Origin: a virus
Taxonomy: Duplodnaviria; Heunggongvirae; Uroviricota; Caudoviricetes
Virus record (IMG/VR): IMGVR_UViG_2529293142_000033
Strand: one strand, 5' to 3'
Length of the DNA stretch: 54,512 bases
Positions 1 to 9,390 of this stretch are shown piece after piece. The translations under genes and the position numbers were made by a program. The notes under the pieces are model-generated. The model worked only from the letters and a program-made list of their open reading frames with translations, made no database searches and was not told the origin of the DNA. How positions within the stretch are numbered: the first letter of the stretch is position 1; each line of letters starts with the position of its first letter.

Positions 1-708
1 ATGTGGGTCAATAAGTATATTGACGATTGCACTGATGAGGATTTAAACGATCGTGACTTTATTGCATCAGTTGTTGACCGGGCTATTTTTCATTTCGCGA
101 TTAATAGTATATGTAATCCTGGGGATAATAAAGATGCGACTCCCATTGAACAATGTACTTTTGATGTAGAAACTAAGAATGGCCTTCCCTCCACGGTTCA
201 GCTATTTTATGAGGAATCTAAGGATAATGAACCTTTAGCGAATATACATTTTCAAGCAATAGGTTCTGGTTTTTTAACGTTTGTTAATGCCTGCCAGGAA
301 CATGATGACAACAGCTTAAAATTATTTGCTTCGCTGTTAATTTCACTTTCATATTCTAGTGCCTACGCAGATTTATCAGAAACAGTGTATATTAATGAAA
401 ATAATGAGAGCTACCTGAAAGCTCAGTTTGAAAAATTATCTCAACGTGATATGAAGAAGTACCTGGGAGAGATGAAGCGTCTGGCTGATGGGGGAGAAAT
501 GAATTTTGATGGCTATCTGGATAAGATGTCACATCTGGTGAATGAAGGAACGCTCGATCCTGATATTTTAAGCAAAATGAGAGATGCTGCACCACAATTA
601 ATTAGCTTCGCGAAGTCGTTTGACCCAACCTCAAAGGAAGAGATTAAAATACTTACAGACACTTCTAAATTAATTTATGATTTGTTCGGGGTTAAATCGG
701 AGAAATAA
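1..708 (+). CDS. yjbM: uncharacterized host protein, YjbM-like (gene immediately upstream of dusA)
   Basis: 235-aa ORF beginning at window position 1; size and position upstream of dusA match the E. coli yjbL-yjbM-dusA neighbourhood (recalled synteny, not searched). Confidence 0.55.
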   Translation: MWVNKYIDDCTDEDLNDRDFIASVVDRAIFHFAINSICNPGDNKDATPIEQCTFDVETKNGLPSTVQLFYEESKDNEPLANIHFQAIGSGFLTFVNACQEHDDNSLKLFASLLISLSYSSAYADLSETVYINENNESYLKAQFEKLSQRDMKKYLGEMKRLADGGEMNFDGYLDKMSHLVNEGTLDPDILSKMRDAAPQLISFAKSFDPTSKEEIKILTDTSKLIYDLFGVKSEK

Positions 709-749
709 TATGTGAAGTTCTTCGATAGTATGGAAGGCATTATATAAAA

Positions 750-778
750 GGACCCAATATTTATTGGGTTCTTTTTTC
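750..778 (+). terminator. rho-independent terminator after yjbM-like gene
   Basis: hairpin acccaata..tattgggt followed by T-run. Confidence 0.5.
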
Positions 779-1070
779 TCTATCAATGCTATTAGCAGGG
801 AGATATATCACCAGAGTTTAATGTGTGATTTTTTATTTATCGTCGAACCTGGATTGTTTATCATTGGCCTTAACAAAGTTAACGGCTAATAAGATTATTT
901 CCATCACTTCGTGAGAGCTTCATGCCTTGAGAGGATCTCAATTTTCTTTTGCAATGAGACAGGCGCTTCCTGTTGTTATGGTATAGTACCCCGCTATTGA
1001 GCCTCCTGAATAGTGATGCTGAATAACATAACCCCATGATATATCGATAAAATAATCTCTACATTTGAAA

Positions 1071-1193
1071 ATGCACGGTAATTCTGAAATGCAAAAAATC
1101 AACCAAACCAGCGCAATGCCTGAAAAAACTGACGTTCACTGGAGTGGTCGGTTTAGCGTTGCACCAATGCTCGATAGGATGTACCGTTGTTGA
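1071..1193 (+). pseudogene. displaced original 5' end of dusA (attL side); first ~34 codons then unrelated sequence and stop
   Basis: translates MHGNSEMQKINQTSAMPEKTDVHWSGRFSVAPMLD then diverges; about 75-80 percent nt identity to the 5' end of the intact dusA at 53475; shared core atgctcga at 1167-1174. Confidence 0.8.
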
Positions 1194-1318
1194 AAAACAA
1201 GTAGTTATACACTCTGTGGGAGCCTATTGGGAACTCGGCGTTTTCATTTCAAGGTGTAATCCATACGCGGCTTAAGAATGAGATATAATGCGACTTTTAG
1301 TGTTCCGCTTGAGAGGCC

Positions 1319-1855
1319 ATGATGCTTACCCTGGACGAGATAGGTCAATCAGTACGTAACAATATCCAGTTGATTATTGATCATGTCGGCTTACCTCTTG
1401 CTGTTGGTCCGCTCAGTGATGATGATTACAAGATTCTGTGTGGTGGCTATGGTGAGCTTGAATGGGACTATGCGTTAAGTACCTATGGCAACTCCAGAGA
1501 AAAGTATGAGTTCTGCATAAAACTTGTTCAGCAAGGTCGGGTTCAGGGAATACCATCAGGAGCAGCAATTTGTGTTTATGGGGTTGAAGAAAACATCTTT
1601 CGTATCCATATGATCGAAAGGTTTTCTAGAGAAGATGAATCTCACCCATTGAAAGGGCGCATGGTTTTACTCACTCTTATGAGTGCTTTTATATTTTGTA
1701 AAGCTGTTGAATGTAAAGTTGTCCACATTGTAGAGCCAGTACCAGAACTGGTGCAGTATTACGAGTCTTTTGGTTTCCGCATGGAACAGTGCGGTTATGT
1801 GATGTCGGCAGTCATTGATGAGCTGCAGGATATCTTTCTTAAATTTGCTCAGTAG
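1319..1855 (+). CDS. hypothetical protein, possible GNAT-fold acetyltransferase-like (att-proximal cargo)
   Basis: 178-aa ORF; C-terminal segment (FRIHMIERF..VVHIVEP..LVQYYESFGF) resembles GNAT beta4-alpha3-beta5-alpha4 pattern without canonical QxxGxG; putative -10 tataat about 30 nt upstream. Confidence 0.5.
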   Translation: MMLTLDEIGQSVRNNIQLIIDHVGLPLAVGPLSDDDYKILCGGYGELEWDYALSTYGNSREKYEFCIKLVQQGRVQGIPSGAAICVYGVEENIFRIHMIERFSREDESHPLKGRMVLLTLMSAFIFCKAVECKVVHIVEPVPELVQYYESFGFRMEQCGYVMSAVIDELQDIFLKFAQ

Positions 1856-2051
1856 GTATAGACGAGAAGGGTCTACAAATTGTAGGATACCCGTCCAGAT
1901 TACCTTAAAGGTACATCTATGGCAGTCGTTTTGTGCTTAAACTACTAAGAAACGATGTCACCAATCGACATGATCGATTGGCATAAGTTAGCGAAACAAG
2001 CTAGCTTTAAAGAAAGGGTTAGAGACGCCTTTACTGTCTCGGGAGTTTTCT

Positions 2052-2225
2052 ATGAAAGATCAAAAAGCAACCAAGCCACAGGTTAAGTTCGACACAATGA
2101 AAGCATTCGCAGGTATGGGTGCTGCTGTTGAAGTTCTGATGAAGGCTGCTCCTAATGCGTTCACTCACGCTACTGTCTCTGGTAAAGAGCAGCAGGGTAA
2201 GCTTCGTCGTCGCAAAGCAGCATGA
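2052..2225 (+). CDS. small hypothetical protein (57 aa), Ala/Lys-rich
   Basis: ATG preceded by gggag RBS; followed immediately by strong terminator; below the 60-aa ORF-track cutoff. Confidence 0.4.
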   Translation: MKDQKATKPQVKFDTMKAFAGMGAAVEVLMKAAPNAFTHATVSGKEQQGKLRRRKAA

Positions 2226-2244
2226 TCATAGCTGGTGCTTTTTG

Positions 2245-2272
2245 AAAACCCGCCTTCAGGCGGGTTTTTTCT
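2245..2272. terminator. bidirectional rho-independent terminator
   Basis: aacccgcc ttca ggcgggtt hairpin with T-run on plus strand and partial U-run on minus strand; sits between convergent genes. Confidence 0.7.
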
Positions 2273-2581
2273 TTAGTGATGTTCTTTGCCCTTCTGTTTG
2301 ACTGTTCTGACCTGTTCCCACTCGATACGTCCTTCTTCTCGTCTTTTGTCTATGTATTCCGCAAGATCCTGAATATTGATGCAACGTTTTGCTTTTTGTG
2401 ATGTGCCGATGCGATATGTTGGAATGGGCAACTTACAAGCGTTTGCTTTTGCTTCTGCCGTGGCTGGACTCATACCAAAGTACTTTTGGCTAACTGCTGA
2501 GAGTTCAATGTTTGGGGTATTGAATTCAGCCATCAGTAAAAACAAGGTGTTCATAATTTTCTCCATCAAAACCGGCTGCAC
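2273..2581 (-). CDS. PrtN-like / excisionase-like small DNA-binding regulator
   Basis: 102-aa protein with KYFG..PATAE..LPIPTYRIG..IQDLAEYID pattern typical of pyocin-activator PrtN family. Confidence 0.65.
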   Translation of the reverse strand: MQPVLMEKIMNTLFLLMAEFNTPNIELSAVSQKYFGMSPATAEAKANACKLPIPTYRIGTSQKAKRCINIQDLAEYIDKRREEGRIEWEQVRTVKQKGKEHH

Positions 2582-2590
2582 CCGGGAAAA

Positions 2591-3163
2591 TCATAATTCT
2601 GTGCTGGTGGCAGGAATTAATTTCTGCCAGATAGCTGAAACATATTTGGCCTGATGACGAGCATCAGCCAGGGCGTTGTGCCGTTCGCCATCGAAAGGCA
2701 TGTCCATTTTTGGGTCGAATCCGATGGAACGCCCAAGCGTAACGATCGTGCGTACATCGTGATCATTCCAGTACGCCCATGGGCAGATTTGTCCTGCTCG
2801 TTCATAAGCTCCGCGTAAAATTACGTTGTCGAAGGTGGCCCCGTTACCCCAAACTTTTAAATATTTCGTATTGTCTGCGTGCCGATTAATGAAATGGCTC
2901 AGTTCAGAGAGTGCATCGCTGATCGACAAAGTATCATCAATACAGATTGCAGCTCGTGCTTCAGGGCTTTGTTTCAACCACCACAGGATGGTATCGCCGT
3001 CAGGTGTGGCCCCTTGCTCCATAGCACTGTCCAGGCTGACAACCGTATAGAATTCTTGTCCGATGTCTCCGGTTTCTGGAGTGAAGAACACCGCGCCAAT
3101 GGAAACGATCGGTGCATCCTTATTTTTCCCCATCGTCTCAAGGTCGATCATTAAGTTATTCAT
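2591..3163 (-). CDS. phage 3'-5' exonuclease (DnaQ-like fold)
   Basis: 190 aa; MIDLETMG..IVSIGAV N-terminal exo motif and conserved H/D residues downstream. Confidence 0.7.
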   Translation of the reverse strand: MNNLMIDLETMGKNKDAPIVSIGAVFFTPETGDIGQEFYTVVSLDSAMEQGATPDGDTILWWLKQSPEARAAICIDDTLSISDALSELSHFINRHADNTKYLKVWGNGATFDNVILRGAYERAGQICPWAYWNDHDVRTIVTLGRSIGFDPKMDMPFDGERHNALADARHQAKYVSAIWQKLIPATSTEL

Positions 3164-3474
3164 TACTTCACCTCCTGCGTTTCTTTGCTGCTGTGAATTC
3201 GCCAGTTACCGACGCCTTCCCATTCAAACTGGCGGTTACTAATTCGCGTCCAGCCCCTGCCGAAAAGCAAATCCAGATACCAGTATTTTAAAGTTCTGAT
3301 AATTGCTCTTACAGTTGGTTTGCATCCAGAAGTCTTTGATGCGCAAATAAAGCACCGAGTTATGCTCATGGCTTCTACAAAAGGCCAGATAAACCAAACC
3401 CAGATGCAAAGAGCCACGAACAACATGAGCGCGATGTTAGCCACTAAGCCAGACCAGTACAGATAATTGCTCAT
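3163..3474 (-). CDS. small membrane protein, hypothetical
   Basis: 103-aa ORF with two hydrophobic segments; start overlaps upstream gene stop. Confidence 0.45.
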   Translation of the reverse strand: MSNYLYWSGLVANIALMLFVALCIWVWFIWPFVEAMSITRCFICASKTSGCKPTVRAIIRTLKYWYLDLLFGRGWTRISNRQFEWEGVGNWRIHSSKETQEVK

Positions 3475-3857
3475 TGGTTGCCTCCACCTTGGCTCTGAAG
3501 CATGGCAGCGCGGCAGGCGTTCCAGCCATCAACATACCCAGCCATGATATATCGATTAAAACCCACCTCTTTCTGTGCGCGTGCCAGATTCATTTCCTCC
3601 GGCACGTGTACTGGCTGAGCTATATACAGCGGCTGAACATACCAACCCTTTGATAACCAACTGTCAGCAACGTTTTTACTCCGTGTTATTGCCGGAATAC
3701 CTAAGCCATTGTCTGAATGCAGCCATGCCACCGGCTCCTCTTCTAGCGATGCCAGAGCAATTTCATAAGCACGGCGCTCAATATCGTCTCGAACCTCTAG
3801 GCTGCTGATTCGTTCTTTGATTTCTTTAATCAGTTCTTTATTGGTAAATGTGGTCAT
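3471..3857 (-). CDS. hypothetical phage protein
   Basis: 128-aa ORF in operon context, coupled to neighbours. Confidence 0.5.
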   Translation of the reverse strand: MTTFTNKELIKEIKERISSLEVRDDIERRAYEIALASLEEEPVAWLHSDNGLGIPAITRSKNVADSWLSKGWYVQPLYIAQPVHVPEEMNLARAQKEVGFNRYIMAGYVDGWNACRAAMLQSQGGGNQ

Positions 3858-4219
3858 TATGCTCCAGCCTCCGGCGCTTTTGGCATTACTGCCCAGTGAG
3901 TGATATTGAAGTTTTCAAGGTCCCCGACCTGAAATGTCCACTGCCATTCTCCGGTTTCTTTTTGTCCCCAGGTGTACCAGAGAGAACGCCAGCCAATCAG
4001 CCAGCCTTCTCCGTTAGCATCAAATAACAGAACACTTTCATTTGCTGGTGGCAGTTCAGCTGACACTGGTATTATTTTGTTTTCCAGTGCCGCACATTTA
4101 GCTTCAAGCGCGTCGAATTTACGTACTAGGTACTCAGCATTTGTTTCGTTCACTTTCAGATCTCGCGGTACACATTTCCCGCGAAGAAACCCTTCCATTT
4201 CGAAAACATTCATGCGCAT
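3857..4219 (-). CDS. hypothetical phage protein (Trp-rich C-terminal domain, DUF551-like)
   Basis: 120-aa ORF, operon context. Confidence 0.5.
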   Translation of the reverse strand: MRMNVFEMEGFLRGKCVPRDLKVNETNAEYLVRKFDALEAKCAALENKIIPVSAELPPANESVLLFDANGEGWLIGWRSLWYTWGQKETGEWQWTFQVGDLENFNITHWAVMPKAPEAGA

Positions 4220-4746
4220 TTGCGTAACTCCGATAACTCGTTAAAACGTTCCATAAACATCCCGTAGGCATGGCTAGGTGCCAGTGGAATCACGTTGAAC
4301 ATCTCTGTTGCCGGGATGCCTTCCAGTACAGGCCAGAAAGAGCCATCATCAAGCCCGAGATCGCGGCGTTCGGTTGCCAGCATGATAAGATCGGCATATT
4401 TCACGGGCGTACTCATAACTGGGGGTAACCCGTATTTCTCACGGATTACGGCGTCAATTTTTTCTTCCATCCGTTTATAGTCAGGAAGAAGGCGTTTCAG
4501 TGGAGCGGGAATATCCTGGCAATACGCTTCTGTTGCATCATGCATTAACGCTTCAAAAGCAAATTCCTGCGGCACCAGCTGGCTGCAAAGCACCGCATGT
4601 TGGGCGACACTGTAGAAGTGAGAAAGATGACCGGCAAAGCGGCAGATATTTGAAAGGGAAACCGCGATATCGTTAATCACGATGTCGTCTTTATTTATCT
4701 TGTCATAATAAAAATGCTTCCCGGAAAAAGTTTTAATAAATGACAT
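4210..4746 (-). CDS. HD-domain phosphohydrolase (YfdR-like 5'-deoxynucleotidase)
   Basis: HD motif region (HFYSVAQHAV..EALMHDATEAY); start placed at ATG 4746 with ggagaa RBS rather than the longer ORF start at 4773. Confidence 0.7.
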   Translation of the reverse strand: MSFIKTFSGKHFYYDKINKDDIVINDIAVSLSNICRFAGHLSHFYSVAQHAVLCSQLVPQEFAFEALMHDATEAYCQDIPAPLKRLLPDYKRMEEKIDAVIREKYGLPPVMSTPVKYADLIMLATERRDLGLDDGSFWPVLEGIPATEMFNVIPLAPSHAYGMFMERFNELSELRKCA

Positions 4747-4873
4747 TTTGTTCTCCACGTATATGCGCTGCACCGCGCTGAGTTTGGGTAAAAGGAAGCC
4801 CTCACCATCCGGTGATTATTGAGTTAATTACGTTTCCATAAATGCCCCCGCAGGGGCATTTGCAGTAATGAAA

Positions 4874-5698
4874 TCAGGCGGTGAAAGTACCAATAAAGGT
4901 TTCTACGTTGCTGTCTTTGAATTTCTCAACAAGCAGATCACGAAATTCGTTAGCCATATCTTCCTGCACCGCTTCCAGCTGAATAATGCGCAGAACCAGT
5001 ACAGGACGATCGCCAGTGATAATGCTGAGGCGTAATTTAAACGGACGTTCTTTCAGACCTTCAAACGGAACGCATTTAAATTCAAATGCCACTGGCATAA
5101 TGTCTTTGGTCTTCGCTTCGACAGATTCCATCAGGGAGCGTTTGCCGCTGAAGTCATTATCTTCAAAATCAGCGGTCTGGTTTGCTTCAATCGTGATTTT
5201 ACGGACTGCCGCAGCCGCTTTTGTTGCCTGAATAGCGTCACCATTAGCATCAAAGCCCACAAGGTAGTCGGCCCAGTCTTCAATCCATTCTGCCAGTGAC
5301 TTCTGGGAGTTACGCTCGCCGTTAACAGACAACAGGGCAGAGAACGGTGCTGTCTTTTTCAGTTTGAGAGTGGCGGTGTTATCTGCGTGACCTGGTTCAT
5401 CAATAGTACCCAGGTTAAGTACACTGACGGCACGCATATTATCAGCATCGATAAAGCAGCGGGTGCCTTCATCTGCAAGATCTTTAGAATAACGGGTAAA
5501 GTCATCGATGCTGGCAGTGGAAAGCGCACCACGGAAACGGAAGCGATTTAAATTAAATTTTTCCAGATCATGAATGCGGAAATTCTCAGGCAATGCCACA
5601 GCATCGGCACCAATCTTACTGATAATTTCATTAACACCCTGAGCAGAAATAAGGGCATGGATTTGATTAATTGCGGTTGCGTCTAAGTTCTGAGACAT
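4874..5698 (-). CDS. DUF2303 (YfdQ-like) phage protein
   Basis: 274-aa ORF resembling the YfdQ family found in CPS-53-type prophages (recalled). Confidence 0.6.
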   Translation of the reverse strand: MSQNLDATAINQIHALISAQGVNEIISKIGADAVALPENFRIHDLEKFNLNRFRFRGALSTASIDDFTRYSKDLADEGTRCFIDADNMRAVSVLNLGTIDEPGHADNTATLKLKKTAPFSALLSVNGERNSQKSLAEWIEDWADYLVGFDANGDAIQATKAAAAVRKITIEANQTADFEDNDFSGKRSLMESVEAKTKDIMPVAFEFKCVPFEGLKERPFKLRLSIITGDRPVLVLRIIQLEAVQEDMANEFRDLLVEKFKDSNVETFIGTFTA

Positions 5699-5763
5699 AA
5701 TAAGTCCTCACTATATAAAGATATTCAGTGATGAGATAAATAATCAGTTAATTAAGAACGATA

Positions 5764-6126
5764 TTAATGACCTGCTGCGCGTAGTTTTCCGTCAGGTTCA
5801 CCGGCAAGAGTCAGTAATTGTCCCTGGTCTTCCTGCAGAATAGTCAGGCGACCACCGCGATTGACATACATCGGCGTTTCGGTGGTGTCTTCTTCGGAAA
5901 TTTTCCCGCGGTTAGTCGGGCGAACATATGAGAGTTTGTGTTTGATTTTCACACGGTTCTCATCAAATGGTTCGATTTCCAGGTTGAGTGAGACCTTACC
6001 TTTGGTTTTCGTGTTCATCACACCTGAAGCGACTTCACTGAGAACTGCGCCGATTTTGGTTTCAAATACGCCGCCGTCCAGCTCCCCGATAAATGCCTGC
6101 ACATCAGTACTGCGTTCGCTAGCCAT
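5764..6126 (-). CDS. hypothetical phage protein (120 aa)
   Basis: start at ATG 6126 with gaggag RBS; the longer 182-aa ORF extension lacks an RBS. Confidence 0.55.
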   Translation of the reverse strand: MASERSTDVQAFIGELDGGVFETKIGAVLSEVASGVMNTKTKGKVSLNLEIEPFDENRVKIKHKLSYVRPTNRGKISEEDTTETPMYVNRGGRLTILQEDQGQLLTLAGEPDGKLRAAGH

Positions 6127-6989
6127 TTTGCTGCTCCTCATCATATCGACCCTGCAAGGTCGGTTGGTTTCTCCACAAAACAGAGAAGAACACCTGCGGT
6201 GGCAGCCGCCCGGATGGATTGGGTTATGAGCCCGTCGTCCGGTGATGCTCTTCTCTGTTTTGTAAAAAGAGCGGTACCAGCCGGAAGCAAGTGTACAAAC
6301 TGGTACCGCCAAAGCAGTGGCTGTTGTGGTGACCGGTGCTGATCTCCGGCTTGCGGTTATTTCAGACTCTCACGGGCGTTTAATTGCCCCGCCGAACAGC
6401 TCTTTTCCGCAATAGCTGCAATGTCTTTCGCGCATCAGCCTGCGCATTCACCACAACGCTGAGAGCACTTAGCCAGTTACGGCACCACACTTTGTCGCGG
6501 CTCCATAAATGCCCTCATCGTTGCCCCCTGGTCTCTTCCCAGGCGTCAAACCGAATCGCCACGCTGGTTAGGCGTCTTATCAGCATCATCATTGACTTGC
6601 ACATTCCGGCTACCTGGTTTGTTTGCCCGAGCAGGGAGTGGATAGTCCCCTTTAACGTCCCCAGACCGCTAACGACGCATGTGCCATACGCCGTGATACA
6701 ACAATATGTTCGGTATTAGTTACCAAAGAGACGATTACTCTTATGGTTGAATGTAATACCCATGTTGAATATTTTTCTTGCTTACTATTTGTTTTATCTA
6801 TGTGGTGAACTGGTTTTTGTTTACACAAGAAAAAGTTTTCTTAAGTAAGTTTACATTGTTTTGTCTTGCTATTTTTTTAAATTCAAGAACAATAAATTGC
6901 CGCTATCAGTAATTATTCTTTATGAAATTTTATAAATAACTCCCTGCTTTTGAGTTCTGTACGCAGTGTTTTTAGTTGTCGAGGACATA

Positions 6990-7199
6990 ATGGATAATCA
7001 AAATACACCTGTTTTTGATGTATGTGGTTGGTACTGTGTGCCCGTTAAAGATCATAATTCAGTTATAGTTCAACTGTCTTGTAAACAACCACCATTTGAA
7101 TCTGATAAAATTATCGAAAGTCCAATATATTCTTTTCCCATAAAAGAAATACCAAATCTCATAAATACATTACAAAACATTTATGAAGAAAATAATTGA
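6990..7199 (+). CDS. small hypothetical protein (69 aa) in AT-rich moron next to repressor
   Basis: ATG with gaggac RBS; preceded by about 270 bp very AT-rich DNA; followed by terminator. Confidence 0.45.
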   Translation: MDNQNTPVFDVCGWYCVPVKDHNSVIVQLSCKQPPFESDKIIESPIYSFPIKEIPNLINTLQNIYEENN

Positions 7200-7218
7200 T
7201 TATAAATCCAGTTCAAAA

Positions 7219-7248
7219 GTGAAGCGTCCATTTGGGCGCTTTTTTATT
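7219..7248 (+). terminator. rho-independent terminator
   Basis: gcgtcca ttt gggcgc hairpin plus T-run. Confidence 0.55.
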
Positions 7249-7394
7249 TACGAATCATTCCGGTCTTCGTATGCCCCGGACGGCTACTTCGTGGGCGTCC
7301 TGCCTGTTCGATATCTTATGTAGGTACATTATGTATCTGTAGGGTACATTGTCAAGTATAAAAAAACCTGCCGAAGCAGGTTCATAGACATTGA

Positions 7395-8068
7395 TCAGGC
7401 TTTAATTTTGTATCTTCTTGGTTTTCCTGAGAAAATAACTGTACCAATGATAGAGCAATTACCGTTTATCTTAATGTAAGGCTCAGGCCAGTTGGGGTTT
7501 AATGCTTTGAGATAACGCTGTGTCCCGTCTTCTATCAACCTTTTGAAGGTGGTTTCACCTGTATCGTGCATCAATGCAATAACGTCATCGCCGTGGCAGG
7601 CTGGTACTTCTGGATCGACAAAAATCATGTCTCCCGGACGGTACTCATCAATCATTGAATCACCAATCACCCTCAATATATAAGTCATTTCGCCACAGGG
7701 TACAGGGCAGGGATACGTTTCTGTTGTGCTCAAATCAACCTCAGAATAGCCAACTTCTTTCCATGCTCCGGCCTGTACCCATGATATGACAGGGACTAAC
7801 GTTATTTTTTATTAGTGATTGAAACATCAGGTTTTTTTGTGATGTTCGTTGTCTGGTGTTCTTGATCAAGCCATCCGACAGGCAGGTCGAAACATTTTTC
7901 GATGTGCCGTGCCATGCTGTCACCGATATTTTTAGTAGCGCCATCCCCCATAAACCTGCTGGTCTGGGTAGGCTCGCGATCAATCATGGTGGCAAAGGAT
8001 GAATTTCCGCCAACACCATCTCTCAGTTTTCTGGCGTTAGACCGCCGGATGTCATGGATTGTTTTCAT
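7395..8068 (-). pseudogene. CI-like repressor (N-terminal HTH plus C-terminal S24 LexA-type peptidase domain), reading frame broken by -1 shift at T6/A6 tract 7805-7810
   Basis: N-terminal ORF 7802-8068 (MKTIHDIRRSNARKL..) ends at the A-run; C-terminal frame from 7808 reads KITLVPVISWVQAGAWKE..GDSM (Ala-Gly autocleavage site and S24 motif); one extra A would fuse them. Confidence 0.75.
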
Positions 8069-8158
8069 AACGAAATTAAAACCTTTGTACCGATAAGGTA
8101 CAAGTATCTTGAAGGTTCATCTCAATCATGTAATATGTATACTGGAGGTACATGTTGT
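8069..8158. promoter_or_regulatory. divergent promoter/operator region between repressor and cro-like gene
   Basis: palindrome ctttgtacc-gataa-ggtacaag (8083-8103) and a further GGTACA half-site near the cro RBS. Confidence 0.55.
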
Positions 8159-8359
8159 ATGAAAGCGTATTGGGACTCTTTAACCAAAGAACAGCAGGGC
8201 GAGTTGGCCGGAAAAGTTGGCTCAACACCTGGCTACTTACGGCTGGTTTTCAATGGTTATAAAAAAGCCAGTTTTGTGCTGGCTAAAAAACTTGAGCAAT
8301 GCACGTCAGGTGCAATTACGAAATATGACTTAAGACCGGATATCTATCCGAAAGATTAA
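8159..8359 (+). CDS. Cro-like HTH regulator
   Basis: 66-aa protein starting at ATG 8159 with ggagg RBS; divergent from repressor. Confidence 0.65.
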   Translation: MKAYWDSLTKEQQGELAGKVGSTPGYLRLVFNGYKKASFVLAKKLEQCTSGAITKYDLRPDIYPKD

Positions 8360-8390
8360 CAGAACACCTTCAATTTTTAACCACAGAACG

Positions 8391-8954
8391 ATGAGGCTAA
8401 CCGTGGGTAAGCATCACTGGAAAGTAGAAAAACAGCCTGAGTGGTACGTGAAAGCTGTCAGAAAAACTATCGCGGCGTTGCCGGGAGGTTACGCTGAAGC
8501 TGCTGAGTGGCTGGATGTAACAGAGAACGCTTTATTCAACCGCCTTCGTGCAGATGGCGATCAGATTTTCCCGCTGGGATGGGCAATGATTTTACAGCGC
8601 GCGGCTGGCACTCACTACATTGCGGATGCTGTCGCACAGTCTGCTGGTGGGGTGTTTGTATCGCTTCCTGAACTTGAGGAAGTAGAGAACGCCGATATAA
8701 ACCAGCGCCTGCTGGAAGTCATCGAACAGATCGGGAGTTACTCAAAGCAGATTCGTTCGGCAATCGAAGATGGGGTAGTGGAGCCACACGAGCAGACAGC
8801 AATTAATGATGAGTTGTATCTGTCAATTTCGAAGCTCCAGGAGCATGCAGCACTGGTCTACAAAATCTTCTGCGCTCCAGAAAAGAGTGACGCCCGCGAG
8901 TGTGCAGCTCCGGGCGTCGTGGCGTTTTGTGTCTGTGGAGAAACTAACGCATGA
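8391..8954 (+). CDS. CII-like phage regulatory protein
   Basis: 187-aa ORF directly after cro-like gene; alternative GTG start at 8403. Confidence 0.55.
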   Translation: MRLTVGKHHWKVEKQPEWYVKAVRKTIAALPGGYAEAAEWLDVTENALFNRLRADGDQIFPLGWAMILQRAAGTHYIADAVAQSAGGVFVSLPELEEVENADINQRLLEVIEQIGSYSKQIRSAIEDGVVEPHEQTAINDELYLSISKLQEHAALVYKIFCAPEKSDARECAAPGVVAFCVCGETNA

Positions 8955-9099
8955 ACAGTTTAACGGCAAATAACCGTTTGTCGCAACAGCTGGTGGTCAG
9001 TGTCGCTGAACACCTGTTGTTACGGCATGAATGCAGATTACCAAATCACCTGGCTGTAAGTAACCACAGAGAACTTTACCTGACTGTGGGGGGCGAGTT

Positions 9100-9279
9100 G
9101 TGCAGGAACTTAACCGCTGGTTTCGTGACGGAAGAGGGCTTTATGTCCATGTTATTCGTTGGGAGCCAGAAACACAGCGCGTTATCTATCTTCGCAAAGA
9201 CTACCCGCATGAGTGCTTTAGTCCTTTGTGGAAATTCAGGCGTGATTTTGTTGAGTGTGAAGGACCACCAGCACATTGA
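9100..9279 (+). CDS. possible small protein (59 aa, Trp/Arg-rich)
   Basis: GTG start with gggggg SD 6-7 nt upstream; protein-like translation QELNRWFRDGRGLYVHVIRWEPETQRVIYLRKDYPHECFSPLWKFRRDFVECEGPPAH; frame differs from the listed 383-aa ORF. Confidence 0.35.
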   Translation: MQELNRWFRDGRGLYVHVIRWEPETQRVIYLRKDYPHECFSPLWKFRRDFVECEGPPAH

Positions 9280-9365
9280 TTCTGCCATTCCGGGACGTTA
9301 CACTGTTCAGGCACCTTATAAAACGGGTGCCGGGATTGGCGTCCTGAAATTGATTACTGAGCATA

Positions 9366-9390
9366 ACCGCGCTCATGCGGTTTTTTCGTG
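9366..9390 (+). terminator. rho-independent terminator (tR1-like) upstream of rha
   Basis: ccgcgctcatgcgg hairpin followed by tttttt. Confidence 0.65.

Noticed and set aside
6384-6719. 111-aa plus-strand ORF in the repressor-proximal intergenic region
   Set aside because: Arg/His/Pro-rich junk-like translation, no RBS, lies in promoter/leader region of the leftward operon.
6127-7394. Looked for a lambda N-like antiterminator ORF between repressor and early-left genes
   Set aside because: No Arg-rich ORF of suitable size with an RBS on the minus strand was found; only the AT-rich moron and inverted repeat are present.
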